Source: Saccostrea echinata
Lineage: Eukaryota
Direction: 5' to 3'
Assembly: GCF_033153115.1 (NCBI RefSeq)
Contig: NW_026889803.1
Coordinates: forward strand, 48,980,001 to 49,044,000
Length of the DNA stretch: 64,000 nucleotides
Positions 50,501 to 64,000 of this stretch are shown here, piece after piece. Positions within the stretch are counted from its first letter, which is position 1; every line of letters starts with the position of its first letter. A program made the translations under genes and the position numbers. A model generated the notes under the pieces. It saw only the letters and a program-made list of their open reading frames with translations, was not told where the DNA came from and did no database searches.

Positions 50501-53500
50501 AGTACTGTTTGTTTGAAACTTATAATTAAAGAATATCTCTAAAAATATGTGCATTACTTTAACTATGAATTACATAAATTATTAAACCAATATGAATTTA
50601 ATTTTTTTTAAATTAAATTCTAATTCAAATCTATCTAAAGAAAAATCAGCAAACCATATGGTTCAACATTCATTAAAAAAAAAGTTTGGCAATTGATAGA
50701 CAAATATTTTTTGTAAAAAAAATAATTGTTTTCTTAAATGTTTAAATTAGTGACCTTAAATGTTTAAATTAGTGACATTAAATAAAACAAATGACTTATA
50801 TATTCCCCTCACTAGCTATACGTTATTGGTAGAATAAAAAAAAAATCATATTTTTTGTTCGTTTACTGATATTATAGCATAATTAGTCTGACCCATATTT
50901 ATTTACGTCTGTGGTGATGTATAAACAGTAATTTAAGCTCATTGACAATGTCGTGATATCTGTAATTGATTTTAAGATCAGTATAGCATTAATGTGTCTT
51001 GAATGGCAAGAAATTTAACGTAATAATGAATTTCAAAACATCGGTGGTCATTTATCAGATTAATTTGGTACGATCCTGTGTTAATTCCTGCTGATATTTT
51101 CCGGGTTGATCTTGTGAAAACAGCTTAATAGGAGACAATTTATTAAATTTTTCCTCTCAAAATAATTTAAAAAGGATGATTTTATTATTATATTAACAGT
51201 ATAAAATAACAGCGAACACCGACTACTTGCAGCAAACAAGTGCGCCGCCATTACGAATTCGTAAAACAAAGAGACAGTTACGGAAACTCGTAATTTTCTG
51301 AAATGAAAAGGGGTAGGAGATCAGTGGGGTATAACCGGAAACAAACAATTTTTTTAGCCTAATGATGTATGTATGTAAATATTGACGAAGATTAATCTTA
51401 CAGTCGTAATACTGGTAATGCTGAAATGTTTTCAATATATTACTACTCAAATAAAAAAGTTAAAATTTGAATGCGTTTAAAGAAAAGGGTTTGAAAATAT
51501 GGTATTACTTCGATAACACTGAATGCAATTAAAATAACTTTCTCCTTTCTAATAAATAATTTCGAACAAAAATCCTTATGATGGTTAAGATCTTGTGTAA
51601 AGGTGATTTAAATGAAGTTCAAAACTAATCGTTTTCTTTCAGAATATGAAATAAACAATGCGATTCCATTTGGTTAATATTTTAATTTAAAAGTTTTAAT
51701 TTAGATGACTGGGATAAAGATTTATAGTCTGTGAAGCATGGAATATAAATAAATAAAAATGTAAAATTTAAGATAGAAATTTCATGTGAATATGTTTTAA
51801 TTATGTTTAATATATTAATTATTTATACACATTGAACAATCAATTTAGCGTCGAAAATTTTTATGCTTACAAATTCAGATCAAATTTTTAGTGAAAAGTC
51901 AATGGTATGTTTTGAATGTGAAAATTTTGTTTGAGACTTCTCACCTTGGATTCATCTCGTATGTGCTCCCAAAGCGCTTTACAGTATATTGAGCGTACGC
52001 GCGCATTCAAAAAAATTGGTCTAAAAACATATGCAAGCTCTCAAGGGTGCTGGGAAATAAAAATCGTTTATGTTAATATATAATTTAAAAAAATACAACA
52101 TATGAAAATGTTCATTAGTCTTTATCTAAGTACAACACATTATAATTGTTCAGAAAAAGTTGGTTAGTCTTTGCTTCAAAACTTTCAGTTCAGAATGAAG
52201 AGCCATCTATGTACGAGCCATAAAGACCTGAATATATCATGATTTTCTCAGGCAATGACCATTTTGGCCGAACCTGGAACTAGACCTAGACTCATATTCA
52301 TGTCATAAAAATTAGATAATTATAATTTTCGTGCAGCTGGTTTCCTAGAGGACCAAAAATAAAAAATAGTTCTTTTCTGATTAATACAGGCATGTAGTAT
52401 CGTTTTTAAAGGAGAAAAAAGGAAAATTGTCCAAACCCGAGAATACTTTTCCGTTGGAGAAGGAGTAGGGGTGGGCTACAACTTACTTTAACATTTCGAA
52501 TTTCATTAATGTTACCAAATTACCGTAATTTTAATATGCTACAATAAAATGATGGGTACAATCTTATTAAAATTAGACCATCCATTTTGCTTTAGTAAAT
52601 CTGTTCGTCGCTCGTGACAAATACCTGGTATATATTACGAAGAGTGAGATGAAAGTTCTAATTGAAATTTGATTGCGAAGAGTCAATCAACCTTTCAATG
52701 TACATTGTCCATTGTAAAAGTTTATGTTTGAAAAATGTTGACACCCCTAGCTCCTCCGATACTATGTGCCTGTATGAATCAGCAAAACCACTCAAAGTGC
52801 ACTGTCACCATGCTTAACCATTGTGAGCTTAATGTTTAGAAAGGTATAAATGTATTTTCATTAAAAATATCACCTAGTCCTATCCTGGGGTCTTAACGTT
52901 GGGTTCTGGACCTTTAATCTTAATTATTGGTAGATGGTTTATTGTTAATCATAATCACACAAACTCTACCTGTTAAATATCAATGGTCAGAAAGAAAGAT
53001 TTTCAAATATGTACTAATTTAGGATTAGACAATATACTCGAGCATATTAAAGCCCGGCTTTCAGTACTTTCAGTACTTTGATTTTCAAAGGAAAGGTGAG
53101 CTAGAGCAGTGGCCATTATAAAGCACAGAAGTACATGTCTGAAACGTTGGTTTACTTTGTTAAAGAATTATTAATAGGAAGAGTGTTGCACCGGGGGGGG
53201 GGGGGTATCAATTCTCAGAATGGTAAAAGTCAGTCGAGTGAGCTTCTCGTAGGCGATGGCATCAGTATGCTTTTAATATCCTGTCTTTCACTGTAATTTG
53301 AATATTGAAGCGGAAAAAACAATAATTTTTAAGAGGTCAATAAAACCAAAGAACACCTAATTTAAAATATTCCAGCATGATTCTGCTTCGTAGCAGTCGC
53401 AGCTTTTCGGGTATTTCCGGCAAGCTCTGAAAAAAACCCCAAACTTTTGTTACAATTTTGTACAATAATAGAGTCGCTTCCCATCGATTAAAGTATTGGC

Positions 53501-56500
53501 TTGACAGAGTTGAATGTTTTTTCCTTAGTATAATTTAGGTTATATCGTACATTGCATCCAATGAAGTTTACCTCCAGACTCTAAAATAAGAGGTTCCTCT
53601 TCATTATATATTTATATTTTTCTAATTGTGAAAAGGGTGTTGTCATTAACACATCCGGAACACATCCTTGCTTGCTGGAAGGGTCCGAGAAGGTACTGAG
53701 TAGTTGAGAAAAGTTAGGTTTTATCAATTTTGGAAATAACTGATCTCTGCAGTTTTGGCATAAGACCCAAGGTACGGGTACTTTTTTGTACAGGTTAGAC
53801 AGCAAAACAAGAACTTTAGCTATTATTTTTATTTTCAATTGAAAATACAAAACTTAACCATGAATTCGAACATAAAAAAAACGACTAACGTCGTCGCTAG
53901 CGCTGGAGTACGCAATTACATGTATTTTAAAAAATGCAACTGTAACCAATGCATGGACACGCCTTCTGCTCCTAAAACCATAGGCATAGATTATCGATTC
54001 AATTTTTGTTCGTATGATGTTTCAGCTAAAAGTTTTCCCTTCTTATTTTTCTTTGTGATAATTACGCTGGCTAAGTAACGGGTTAATAAATGTGTTATTC
54101 TGCATGTGGTATAAGAATACGAATTATAGTATTATAGATAATTATGGTTACACTAGGGGTTATACAGTTGTCAAAATATATCTTACGCTTCTTTTTCATA
54201 GATTCATTCCAATATATATGTGTTTGCGGCATACGTGTAAATGTAACAAAGGTTTTGTCGTGCAAGAAATGTTTCTGAACATTATAAATTCTGACCAGCG
54301 AAGAAAAGTCTGAAAGAGGCATTGTAACTACCTCTTGACGAATGACTATTTTGAGGAATACTCCATCAACACATTGTAATTATAATCATTTTCGATTACA
54401 CTTGTATCGATTTCAATTCAATTAAACATTCATTTTGTCTCCTTTTTATTTACAAATGTCGTTTGAATTTGCAAATCCCTTTTCTAAGGACTTTAATTTG
54501 GGATAATCAAAACTCAAAGTGGGGCCTCATGCGGCGATAACCACCACTATCAAGAGAAGGGATTCCCACTGCAGCCTCGGCATGGTTCTCCTAAAGAATA
54601 GTAGGTCTTTGTTTCCGGTAGTCCCGCAGTGAATGGGTGTTCTTTCGTTTGTGTCCATAGTTTCAAATTGCCCAAATGTTGAGCTATGTCCAAAGATGAG
54701 AACCAATATGTGATCATTTAATTTCTATGTTAGCTGAAATTCCCTTGCATGGGAAGATGCATCGTTAAGAATGGAACAATTTATCAAGCAATTTGAAAAC
54801 AACCTTGAAATTTCGGCAATTAGTAAACCCCCAAGTGTTTAGCAGACGGCAAAGGACAACACATCTTTATTCTGTATTGTCAATGCATATCTCTGAATGA
54901 ACATGGGTTTTTAGCTATGAATCTTCTTTTCAAAAGACCCTTGAGAGGAGGTAAATTAGGAAAAGGTTATAAGTTTACGAGAACAATAATAACAAACGGA
55001 AAATTAAAAATCGTAACAATAGATGATAAATGACAACTCACTGTTAGACATTTTAAAGAATGGTCATTTTTTCTTCCATTAGGGAAAATGTTTTAATGTG
55101 CTCGGTCAGGATTAGCCAATATTACGGTCGTCTCGGACAATGAGAAGTTTGTAGTCATAATAAAAGATTTTTAGTTTGATAAATGTTCCACTGACAGTGA
55201 CTTTTATTGTTCACGGCATGCAAATGGTGGTCAAATATTTATAATCCCGCGAAAATTGACAATATTTTCATCATTGGACACAAAAGAAGACGAATGATGC
55301 ATTTAAAATTAAAACTCGTAAATAATATTACCATATCATATATCTCAAAGCTGTGAGAAAAATGACTAACACTGGTTTTGTCTTCAAGAGAAACTTGACC
55401 TTTGTAGTGGACAAGAAAGATAGGTCTCGCGTCACCGCGAGATCAAGCGAGACTTCTAACCTTAGGGCAAATCCACCCCTTGAACGCACGCGACATGAGT
55501 TTGATGCCACAATCCGGCGCATGACCCCCTGTTTTTTTAAACCCTCTTTCAATAAAGCTAGCTTTACTTTGAAAAAGTTTGAAATGAAACACGCAACGAT
55601 GGTTTGCGGGTGGAGTCGAAAGATTTCAGTCATATCATATATCAATTACTTAATCTGTTTTCTTTTCCAGATTTAATTCTTTAATATTTTATCAAAATTT
55701 GGTGTTTAGTTTTTTAAAAAAATATTATTATTAAAAGCATACCTTATAGTTTTGTTTTCGTATCAATCTTTGCTGTTCTTTGAATTTGTCCTATTTATTT
55801 ATACTTATACGGGCGTGCATGTGCCTGTATGCTAAAAATAACTGATGAGGTCAAAAAATTCATCTGCAGTTTTACCTGATATCTATTCCGATCGCTTTTA
55901 ATACCAGAATATGAGAACCCTGTTAGTTGATTACTAAGTAACTCTGCTTTGAAGTATACTTTCACTTAGAGGTACTATATTACAAAAAAAATTCAAATCG
56001 TGTTACAAAAAATGTTTTTAAAAACTCTCACACTCTTTTCATGTAATTTTGCCATGTCATAGCTGAAACACCTTTAACAGTTCTATAAAACCTTGATCTC
56101 AAAGTTTGCACTGGTTCAAACCACTCGACAACACAGCAGCTTTTCAGTATAATGACCAAGGACAATTATCATATTTTGAGGATGAGTATAAGGTGTTCTT
56201 TACTCTCACGCATCTATGAATGGTGACTGTTTCCTACTCTTTGCCCACCCAGAGTCGCATCGCAGGCAACCTTAAACCTCCAGGCTGTACACAATATGAC
56301 CTCCTCTGCATCGAACTCTTAGACATATAGTTTTGTTTGCAATTGGTGAGCCCACCAAGGCGACTTTTTGCCTTTTATTCACAAAATGTTTATTCCATTG
56401 GAAAAGGCTTTGTAATATTTAACAAAGAAATATGAAAATTCACAAGATGACAAAAATGCCTGGCTGAGTAGAGGTTTCCCTCGGAACCCCTTTTGCATAA

Positions 56501-59500
56501 TGGTTCTTTCGGGACCCCTGCCGTGGGCGGAATTTTAAGGAAGTTCTAAACACTAATAAAAAAGGCTTTTTGGACTTGGAGAAAAATATATCATAAAAAG
56601 TGCTCATATTAAAATTATATAGTTCATTTTCAACATAGGGTATCTGCCTTATTTCTACAGGAAAAGACAATGAACTTTTTGTTAACAGAAATTACTTTTG
56701 TTCACTTACATTGGGAAAATTAATGGAAATAATGTAATTCATTCGATGACTTAATTTTGGTCTAATATAATGTTAAGAATATTTTTATTCATTACAAGCT
56801 GTGTCATTAACTGTAAATTTCAATTTATTCTAATTTTCTTCTAAGGACAGATCACTTCATCTGAATAAAACTACCCTACAAATAGAACTCTTTAGTGTGC
56901 AGAGCTTCCTTAAACTTGTGTCTTAATTTTTTTAGCCTTGTGAATATATCTTTAAACTAATATCATACAAGTGTATTGGTACAACCATAAATACCACGTA
57001 TAGCTCATATACTTATCCACTTTCTCGACAGTTGTATATTTTGGTATCAAGAACTGTTGAGTTTGTCGGTTGAAGCCTTCAGATGAATTATCCTAGTCCT
57101 TGTATTCCACTTAATTTCTCCTTTTAAAATCTTTATAAAAAATCAAGAAAAACAAAAATCCCTCATTGATGACAGCCTGAGAAATTTGTATAGATACTTA
57201 CACACTCTTAATACATACTGGTATTCCTATAAGGTACGATGTAGACTTAACGCAATAGATAAAACAAAAGTTTGGCCTTACAAAGCAGTAAAAAATTGGA
57301 GTTCAGAAAAATGTATATTAGCAAGGGTTGTTACAAAGAGGGCTTTGAAATGGTAAACTATATCAAAGTTCTAAGGATTTCACTTTTAAGAACACCATTT
57401 TGTAGTGCATCACTCCTCTTGCTTTATTAAAACCTCTTACTTTTTCAAGAAGGGGGAGGAGAAAAGTCTTTCCTCTTGGAATGTCTCTCTATAAATTCAA
57501 TTATCTTCTTTACTCAAACAAAGTCAACAATGTTTTGGACACCTTACAATAATGTATTGTTTTGAATTTGTATTCAAACTGTGTAAGAATGTTAATGGCC
57601 CCCTAATTCTGACATTGCGGTTACACCTTATATGAGGTAAAAAAAATCGATTCCACACATCCAGACAATCTTGGCAATATCCATCTGAAAATTTATAGCA
57701 TTCCTTAGATCTTTTTTTGGTGTTCAATAAAGCCTTTCATCCTCGTAAATTCCCTTTTCTAAAACAGAAAACGAAAATTGTCTGGTTGATATGTGCATTT
57801 TAACTGCTTTTATATATCTTCCCCAAAATAGTTTAATTAGTGTTCATACAAGATGCGGTGTAAAATGCATTTTGTATAGAATTCGTTCGTGTGACAGAAA
57901 ATGGTTAGTGTTTTGTACCTCGATCAAGGTTAAAAATGGTAAATGAGGATGTAACAAGGTTTTTTTTAAATCTATTATATTTTTTTCTTCATAGATTCAC
58001 AAGTTGCACAAAGAATTAAAATTGTTTCTATGATATTTTAATTCGGGATTCTTTGATATTTTTAAGAACCGTTTGAGCCCTGAAATACAAAAAAAAAGTA
58101 TACATGAAAACAATTCAAAGTTAACTTTTTAACAATTTCAAAATTAATCTTTTTAAAGCAAGATTCTCTCTCTTTATATTTAAAAGAATCGGCTGGAGTC
58201 GAAATACAGCTTTCTCAAATATAATAAAATCCCTTCCACAAAATGTCACCTGTCTTGTTTACAATTAAATTTCAGAGCATTCGGTATAAAAAGACAAATT
58301 GAGTGAACAAATAATTGACAGATTGACCATCGTGTATGCTGTCAGAATTAGGTACAAAACGCTGGATCCGTCGGCAATTAAACTGACAGAAGACAAGTGC
58401 TTGCCTCAGTTTCCGATTCCCATTATACCTTGCACTTCCGAGTCCCGCCCCTTCCGTCTCCGCATTAAATTGCTCCGTGGGATTCGCTTGCTGTAAGCTT
58501 TGTTGCCTTGTTCTTTTGTTTGTTGAAGTATTGATACATGATTCCAAAGAAAGCGAAATCGTTCGGTGTCAATTCTATGACATCGCCCTATATTGTATTT
58601 GCTTAAACCAAAATTGCAACTGTGTCGCCATGTTTGTTTAGCTTGGCATGGATGACAATAAAAATATCTTCTGTTTATTATTGTTTATTCGTGATGGTTA
58701 AACTGTTTAATTATTGACAGGCTGCCTCCGAGAAGAGTAAACTAGTACAGAGTAAATCTAACTTAGGATGTTTGATCATTTAGGCAGACAAAAGGGAACG
58801 AGACACCCCTCCAATTACATGATTAGTCAGGTAACCCTCGGTATATAGTCGCTTTTTTACGCAGATAGTAATTTCATCCAAAGATTATTGAATCATTAAA
58901 CGGAAAGTTGATCAAGTTTCTTGACACAATTTGGTCATATACCTTGCGGCAAAAACAAAGCTTTGAACGGATGTTCGCTGCAGTCAGTCCCATTCTCATT
59001 CAAAATAAAATAAAACATTTCTTTATACTAAAAAATAAAAATATTAAAATTCAGAATTATACTTTTATTGTATAATTATTTACATTCTTTTATAAAGACC
59101 CATTTCAAAAATAAATTCAAGTGTTTTTTTTTTACTTAGAATATTAAGGGGTTTTATTTAAGTTTTTTTTTTTTTACTTGCATTCGTGAACCACTTACTG
59201 TATGTTTATGCACAACTGAAACAACTTTTACAAACAAGTTCTGCCTTGTTGGTTTTGCCTACAACTGATATATAGATTTGTAGAATATATGTATGATATT
59301 AAAATATGGGGGAAAAATGTTTCTTAAACAGTAAAAGAAAACCTCTTTTCAAAAGCGGCAAATCATATAATTTCCCGATATAAACCTCACGAGGATTAAT
59401 TTGCATAAATATTTCCTAAATTATTTTAACCGAAATCAAAGTCTTTTGTGCTGTTAGTTTTAAAAGCAAACTCGAAATAGCGGATTTAGAATAGAAAAAA

Positions 59501-60786
59501 GACCCAATAAAAAGTATTTAAAAATGACCATGGTCCGCGCGGCGTGGCGGGACTGGTGCCTGTCAGAAATTATTCTCTCTGACGGGACAGCTGTCATGGT
59601 GCATGTGATCTTTGACCTCCCACCCATCGAGTCACGCGCTGCAAAGGCCAGAGGTCAACATGGACATATTGTATGGACGCCACCGGTTGACCGTTGAAAC
59701 GATGAGAAAGTTTTGGAAACCAATCACAAATAACTTCTATTGGGGTATGAATACAAAAACGCTGAAATTTACGATTTTTGTCGGCAATTAGGACTTATTT
59801 GGCTTTTGTTGTCGATCTGACCATGCTGACATTGGGTCAACTCGATCGAAACAAAATCATTGGCTTATTAGCTCCAATTGCATTTTTTCTATCGTTTTGG
59901 ACATCCAGTTTCAATGCTAATAATAGAGAAACAAGTGTTGCTGGCGAGAAAGCAGAAAAATATGTTTTATCTGGTAATTGTTCTGGGGTCACTGTGTGGC
60001 TTGTGGTCAATTTCCGGTCAGTGAATCTTATGTTCATTAGCACTCAAGTTTGTAGAGCTGTAAAATCGTCACTCAAGTTTACTGTTATAATCTTGATATA
60101 TACTTGTTAATCAATGGTACTCAATATAACTTAGCCCACTTGATTTTAATTTTTTGCAGATCAATATTTTTAGCAAAAATGTGAAAGGTCTTTAATGTTA
60201 ATACGATCTGCTACATATGGTATATGATAACAGTAAATGTACTTTTTTAATAGATTGTAAATTCTATACGATAAACAGTTTTTTTTCAGAAACAGTAACA
60301 CCTAAAGGCGACATAACACAGCGGAAATTACAGGTGAATCATGAAAAAAAACCCAAGGTAAATTATTTTGTTGATCAAATTTCGGTTTGGGTTCATTAAT
60401 CATCTCGTACCATTCTGAAATAGGATTATCAGATATGTTTTAAATTGTATGAACTCTCTATTTATCACTGTCGTTTGAATTTATACCATTTTGAATTCTT
60501 ACAGAGTACAAATTTCTTTATTTACACCAAAACCACGAGGATTCTACACGAATAGTAGCGATTCATACATAAGTAAACGATTTTTTTTTTCTTTTAATTA
60601 CTCATTGTATTGAATTGTGGGGAAACATTGAATTTTTGCTATAATAAATTCTTATGTACCATTTATTTGTAGCATTCATAAAGATGTGGTAGGAATTTGA
60701 AATCGCTACGTCGCACATGAATAATAATTTTTCAAGGGCGGACCCAGAAACTTTCAATTCATATACATGTACATGTACCTACTAGC

Positions 60787-60872
60787 ACCCCTAGATACTT
60801 ACACTGGGTCTCTCCATGAAGTCCGCCACCAGCACCCCTACCCCTTACACTGGATCTCTCCATGGAGTCCGC
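60787..60872. repeat. About 46-bp tandem duplication
   Basis: CACCCCTA....TTACACTGG.TCTCTCCATG.AGTCCGC occurs twice. Confidence 0.75.
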
Positions 60873-62776
60873 TTTTATTGGATCTACACACTAATTTAAT
60901 AGCAGCATACATCCTCGATGGTTACTCTAAAGTAGTGCTTTTCATAAAATAGAAAGACTACTCTTTCATGTTTCAGTCATACCATTGTCTTTTATAAATT
61001 TTCAATCTAAAGTTGAAAATGGTCATTTTCAACTTTAGATTTTAAATAATAAAAGACACCATTTACATTTAAATTGCAAAATATAATAAAAGCACAGTAA
61101 TTTTTATTTACTGGAGAAAAATGAATAAAGTACTGCAAAGAAAATTTTATAGCTCTTTCTTTATTTGTTTAAGCATTTATGAAAGAACGTGAAGAAATAT
61201 GAAAATCTCCCAATTTCGTCGATTTTTTTATTCATTGTCTCGTGACTAATTTGCATTCAGTCTGCGCAACCTTGTGGTAAATATTGATATTCATTATTAT
61301 TTTTATTAATTTTCTCCGGCAGGAAAAAATTTAATAGGAAAATCAGTTGATTAAACGAGGGGTTGACTTGGTACATTTTTGACTACAGTTTATCATTTTG
61401 TTTTTAATGACAATGTATAACTGAGCAAACAAATAATTAGGTGTACCAAGGACAAGCAGAGCATAAGTCGTACAGCGGGACCTTTGTCTGAGACCCGGAA
61501 CCCATTGTCTGCGAGCGTGCTCGAGATCAAGAGTGAATTTTAAGGGGACGAGTTCTTTATTCACTTCTAGATAGACTTTTGATATCCACTCAATTATTCT
61601 ATGTTGACAATAAATGTAATTATAATTCAATTACAGAACACTCAAATGGCTCCCCTGTAACTAGCCGACAAGCTAGATCAAGAAACATATGGTTGGTCTC
61701 CAATTAAACGCAACGACAATACCCCCAAATCCTTTCGAATCATTTTGTTGCAATAAAAAGACAATCCTCATAATTCGAAACATCCGAAAGTCTTTTCCAA
61801 AGGCAATTAAGACGGCAAAATTCATATTTTGACAACGCTTAAGATCGGCGCTCTGTAATTACGGTCCACACCCTTTTATTTGGACTTTCAATAGCTTTAG
61901 CGCCTATTCTTAAATCTTTGTCCTTGTCGAGATGCATTTAGACCGGAGGAATAAAAGAACTAGTATTTCTTTGGTAATTACATCTTTTTCTCCGTTTTGA
62001 TACTTAATGACACATTTTATTCATAAGTAACATACACGTCCCCCCAAACACAAAGCCAGTTTTACAACAGGTTGTAAACGCGTCATCAAAGATTCCTCCG
62101 CTCTGGCTTTTCCAGATTAAACGTTGCGAATATTTCATTATTAACGATTATGTGCTATTTTCTTTTCGGATGTCCTCGTGGTCTTTCATTCCACATTAGC
62201 ACATCATGAAGTGTGACCACTTCTTTGTCACAAAGATCGGAAAGTCTTTGATAATGAGAACAACACTTCTCAACATCTTCACACTGCCCACAGAGGACTA
62301 TTTTTACGGTTCATAGAAAATGGTCTGTAGTTGCCAAAATTGACAAATTAAGACCTGTGTGGAATCCCCTGGGGCAATAACGGACCTAAGTATCAGCGCG
62401 AGAAATCGCACTTAACGTTAAAAAGATTAAGACTTCAAACAAAAGATGACACGCGGACCCGCTACACATAATCGATATCAAACTTGCTAATTACTGTAAA
62501 TGGCTTTTGAGAAGTGCCGAAAGGTTTTACGTAACAATCAAAGGACTGTTACCATCTTTATAATGTATCTTTATCTTAGATGTACTTTTGTTGTTTAGTT
62601 TATGGTGATTTAGGAATTTCGGTTTATTGTTTTGAACATATTTTATTGACATAAGCAAATGGATCGGAAACAAGTTCTTACAACTTACTGGTTCCTCTCC
62701 TTAAATATTACAAAGGATAGTATAATTTATTCGATCCTTCACATATTTTTGAAACTTTCTACTAATAAATCTTACA

Positions 62777-62778
<2 letters not shown>

Positions 62779-62858
<80 letters not shown>
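62779..62858. repeat. (TA)40 microsatellite
   Basis: Direct read. Confidence 0.98.
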
Positions 62859-62864
<6 letters not shown>

Positions 62865-63035
62865 ATATTGATCTGTACATGTATATAAATGAAAATTATA
62901 TTATGAAATGGGCGAATCCAAGTTTATTACTCTGAATTTAAAACTTTTTTTTAGGTAACACATTTTTAACGAATAACCGACTAAAGAAATTTTTGTCGAT
63001 AGTCGGTATGATCGAACGATAGTCGAGTACTCGAA

Positions 63036-63178
63036 NNNNNNNNNNNNNNNNNNNNNNNNNNNNNNNNNNNNNNNNNNNNNNNNNNNNNNNNNNNNNNNNN
63101 NNNNNNNNNNNNNNNNNNNNNNNNNNNNNNNNNNNNNNNNNNNNNNNNNNNNNNNNNNNNNNNNNNNNNNNNNNNNNN
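63036..63178. other. Assembly gap (143 N)
   Basis: Run of n. Confidence 0.99.
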
Positions 63179-64000
63179 TTATCTCTGTATGTTTATATGT
63201 GTTTATGTACACCGAACTAGTTGTATAATTCTGTGCTGCTCCTGAAGTGGATGAAGGTGTCAAATTTTAAGGACACCTTGCATATCCATTGTCACAAAGT
63301 TCATCCTTATATCACGCTGAGAAGCGTGACTCTGCACCAATTTGGACAACTATCTTCGTTTGGTGTGATTCCCCGAGAGATACAACCAAACAATTATACT
63401 CATGTATCAACTGTCTGGACGAGCAGATAATACTTAGCACACAGTATGCTTCCCTGCAACCAACAAAAATCTACCCATAAGTTACTAATCCTCGCCAAGG
63501 GAAGACCATTGTTCAAGCAAATTGCAGTGCATAATCCTTATCAAGTAGATCTAGCATGTTAAAGCAGGACCAACGAGAAGGAACATAGATTTTACAATGT
63601 CTCTAGGGATAATCTGCACGTGTTCAGTTGCTCAAAGTGTGCCGAGTCAAACATGTTTATGATCTATGTCCAGAAGTGCTCAGATTGCAGGCGACAATAG
63701 CGCGGGGAGCCCTACATCCGGTCAGAAGAACATGAAAGTAATTCTCGAGGACCATGTTTTCTTTTCATGCCTACCCTTGTGCTCACCTCCTTCACAGGTG
63801 CGCTGCACGTGGAAATTACAATATTTCTTAAACATATTGTCAAATAGAGAGAACAATTACCGGGAACAGTGTCTGTTTTTCTTTTGCTATTCTATCTTTT
63901 TTCCGACATTCTCTTCTTGAAAACACTTAATGCTTTTTAAGTGTAGTATGTGCTTGTTTACTTTTCATTTTAATAAATTTTTAAGCATAAAATAAGGTCC

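Noticed and set aside
39400-64000. The 60-120 aa ORFs listed in the ORF track
   Set aside because: Low-complexity F/I/K/Y-rich translations of AT-rich DNA, many without a true ATG, with no domains or consistent splice structure

Overview
AT-rich, intron-rich animal genomic DNA; the repeat families suggest a bivalve, probably an oyster (inference). There are two protein-coding genes, both on the minus strand. (1) CAD, the GATase-CPSase-DHOase-ATCase pyrimidine enzyme: ATG at 17812, 38 GT-AG exons traced down to 824 (6028 coding nt, about 2009 codons), with the rest of the ATCase domain beyond the left edge. (2) A complete 4-exon hairy/E(spl) (HES) bHLH-Orange repressor ending in WRPW (36365 to 31997, 331 aa). 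Introns and the intergenic space hold many non-autonomous Helentron-type (HINE/DINE-1/pearl-like) elements with internal 146-166 bp satellite arrays, including a nested stack at 23.3-27.2 kb. There are also TA-flanked MITEs, a tRNA-derived SINE and LINE/LTR remnants. I found no credible gene in the 27 kb upstream of HES (36.4-64 kb), which also contains a (TA)40 tract and a 143-N gap. The most interesting observations are a GY-box/K-box/miR-1 seed cluster downstream of the HES stop, HES-binding boxes at its own predicted start site, degeneration of the three mammalian CAD phosphoregulation motifs, near-perfect palindromes, and satellite monomers full of nuclear-receptor half-sites. I did not find a clearly new biological system; all regulatory claims are motif-level hypotheses.
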